Assembly: GCA_037447605.1 (NCBI GenBank)
Contig: CM074811.1
Location: forward strand, 3,348,001 to 3,412,000
Direction of reading: 5' to 3'
Length of the DNA stretch: 64,000 nt
From: Zygnema circumcarinatum SAG 698-1b
Taxonomy: Eukaryota; Plantae; Zygnematophyceae
This document shows, in pieces, positions 63,478 to 64,000 of this stretch. How positions within the stretch are numbered: position 1 is the first letter of the stretch; every line of letters starts with the position of its first letter. The notes under the pieces are model-generated. The model worked only from the letters and a program-made list of their open reading frames with translations, had not been told where the DNA came from and did not search any database. The position numbers and the translations under genes were made by a program.

Positions 63478-64000
63478 CCCAAGCACAAAAGGAATACTAC
63501 CTTTTCAGTCACCTTTTCCTTTCGTCTGCCTTTCCTTCCATTAACTATTAGACTTTCTGTATCCACAGCACTGTAACTGAACACAGTACTGACGTGCATA
63601 TTTGTGCAGACCAGCATATATACATTAATTACCTTACTGTAACTGTAACCGTGACATGGAACCAGACACATGTACACACCTCAGTGGTCTACCACTACAC
63701 TGCTCTCCGTGATTCTATGCACATTCCCAAAACGCTTAACTGAGAAACTGAGTAGCATCGGGCATAGATCGCCCTCGATAATATTCCCTCTCCCCCTCCC
63801 TCTCCTTTGTCCAGCGTGTCCTCAGCCGCCACGTGGCGGCCCCGCGCGCCCTCCGCCTCTCGATGGCGATAATCCGCGCCCTTCCCTGAACGGATGGCGC
63901 CGCGCCCGCGCGCCGCGCCGCGGCGTACGGCATTTTTTGGGCAGGGGCCTGCGCGCCCTTTCATTGCGCCCCTTCATCGCGCCCTCCCTCTCCCTCCCTC

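Overview
This is gene-dense eukaryotic DNA from a streptophyte plant or alga. The lineage is inferred from plant-type protein families and GT-AG introns; the species cannot be determined. I can reconstruct 11 spliced protein-coding genes: ERMP1-like M28 peptidase (-, runs off the left edge), IAR1-like ZIP transporter (+, middle exons lost in a 100-N gap), Y14/RBM8A (-), UBP1-like 3-RRM protein (+), two tandem LDIP/promethin-like lipid-droplet genes (-), YebC/TACO1-like (-), FAD-dependent oxidoreductase (+, frameshifted 5' exons around a ~10-kb purine minisatellite intron), sterol C-5 desaturase (+), exportin-T/PAUSED (-) and a PAT10-like DHHC S-acyltransferase (+). Most long ORFs in the supplied track are artefacts of GA/CT low-complexity tracts. 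The most notable observations are: a nested and tandem AGGGGG-ended MITE family with 3-bp AWT target-site duplications; a ~700-bp foldback; a hAT-type MITE filled with palindromes; the LDIP duplication with a Tc1/mariner-like insertion in one promoter; a candidate U12-type intron in Y14; a signal-peptide-like extension on the sterol desaturase; telomere-type repeats inside and upstream of the YebC first exon; and recurrent G-box and SBP-type promoter motifs. I see no convincing wholly new biological system. All protein identifications come from recalled family motifs, not database searches.
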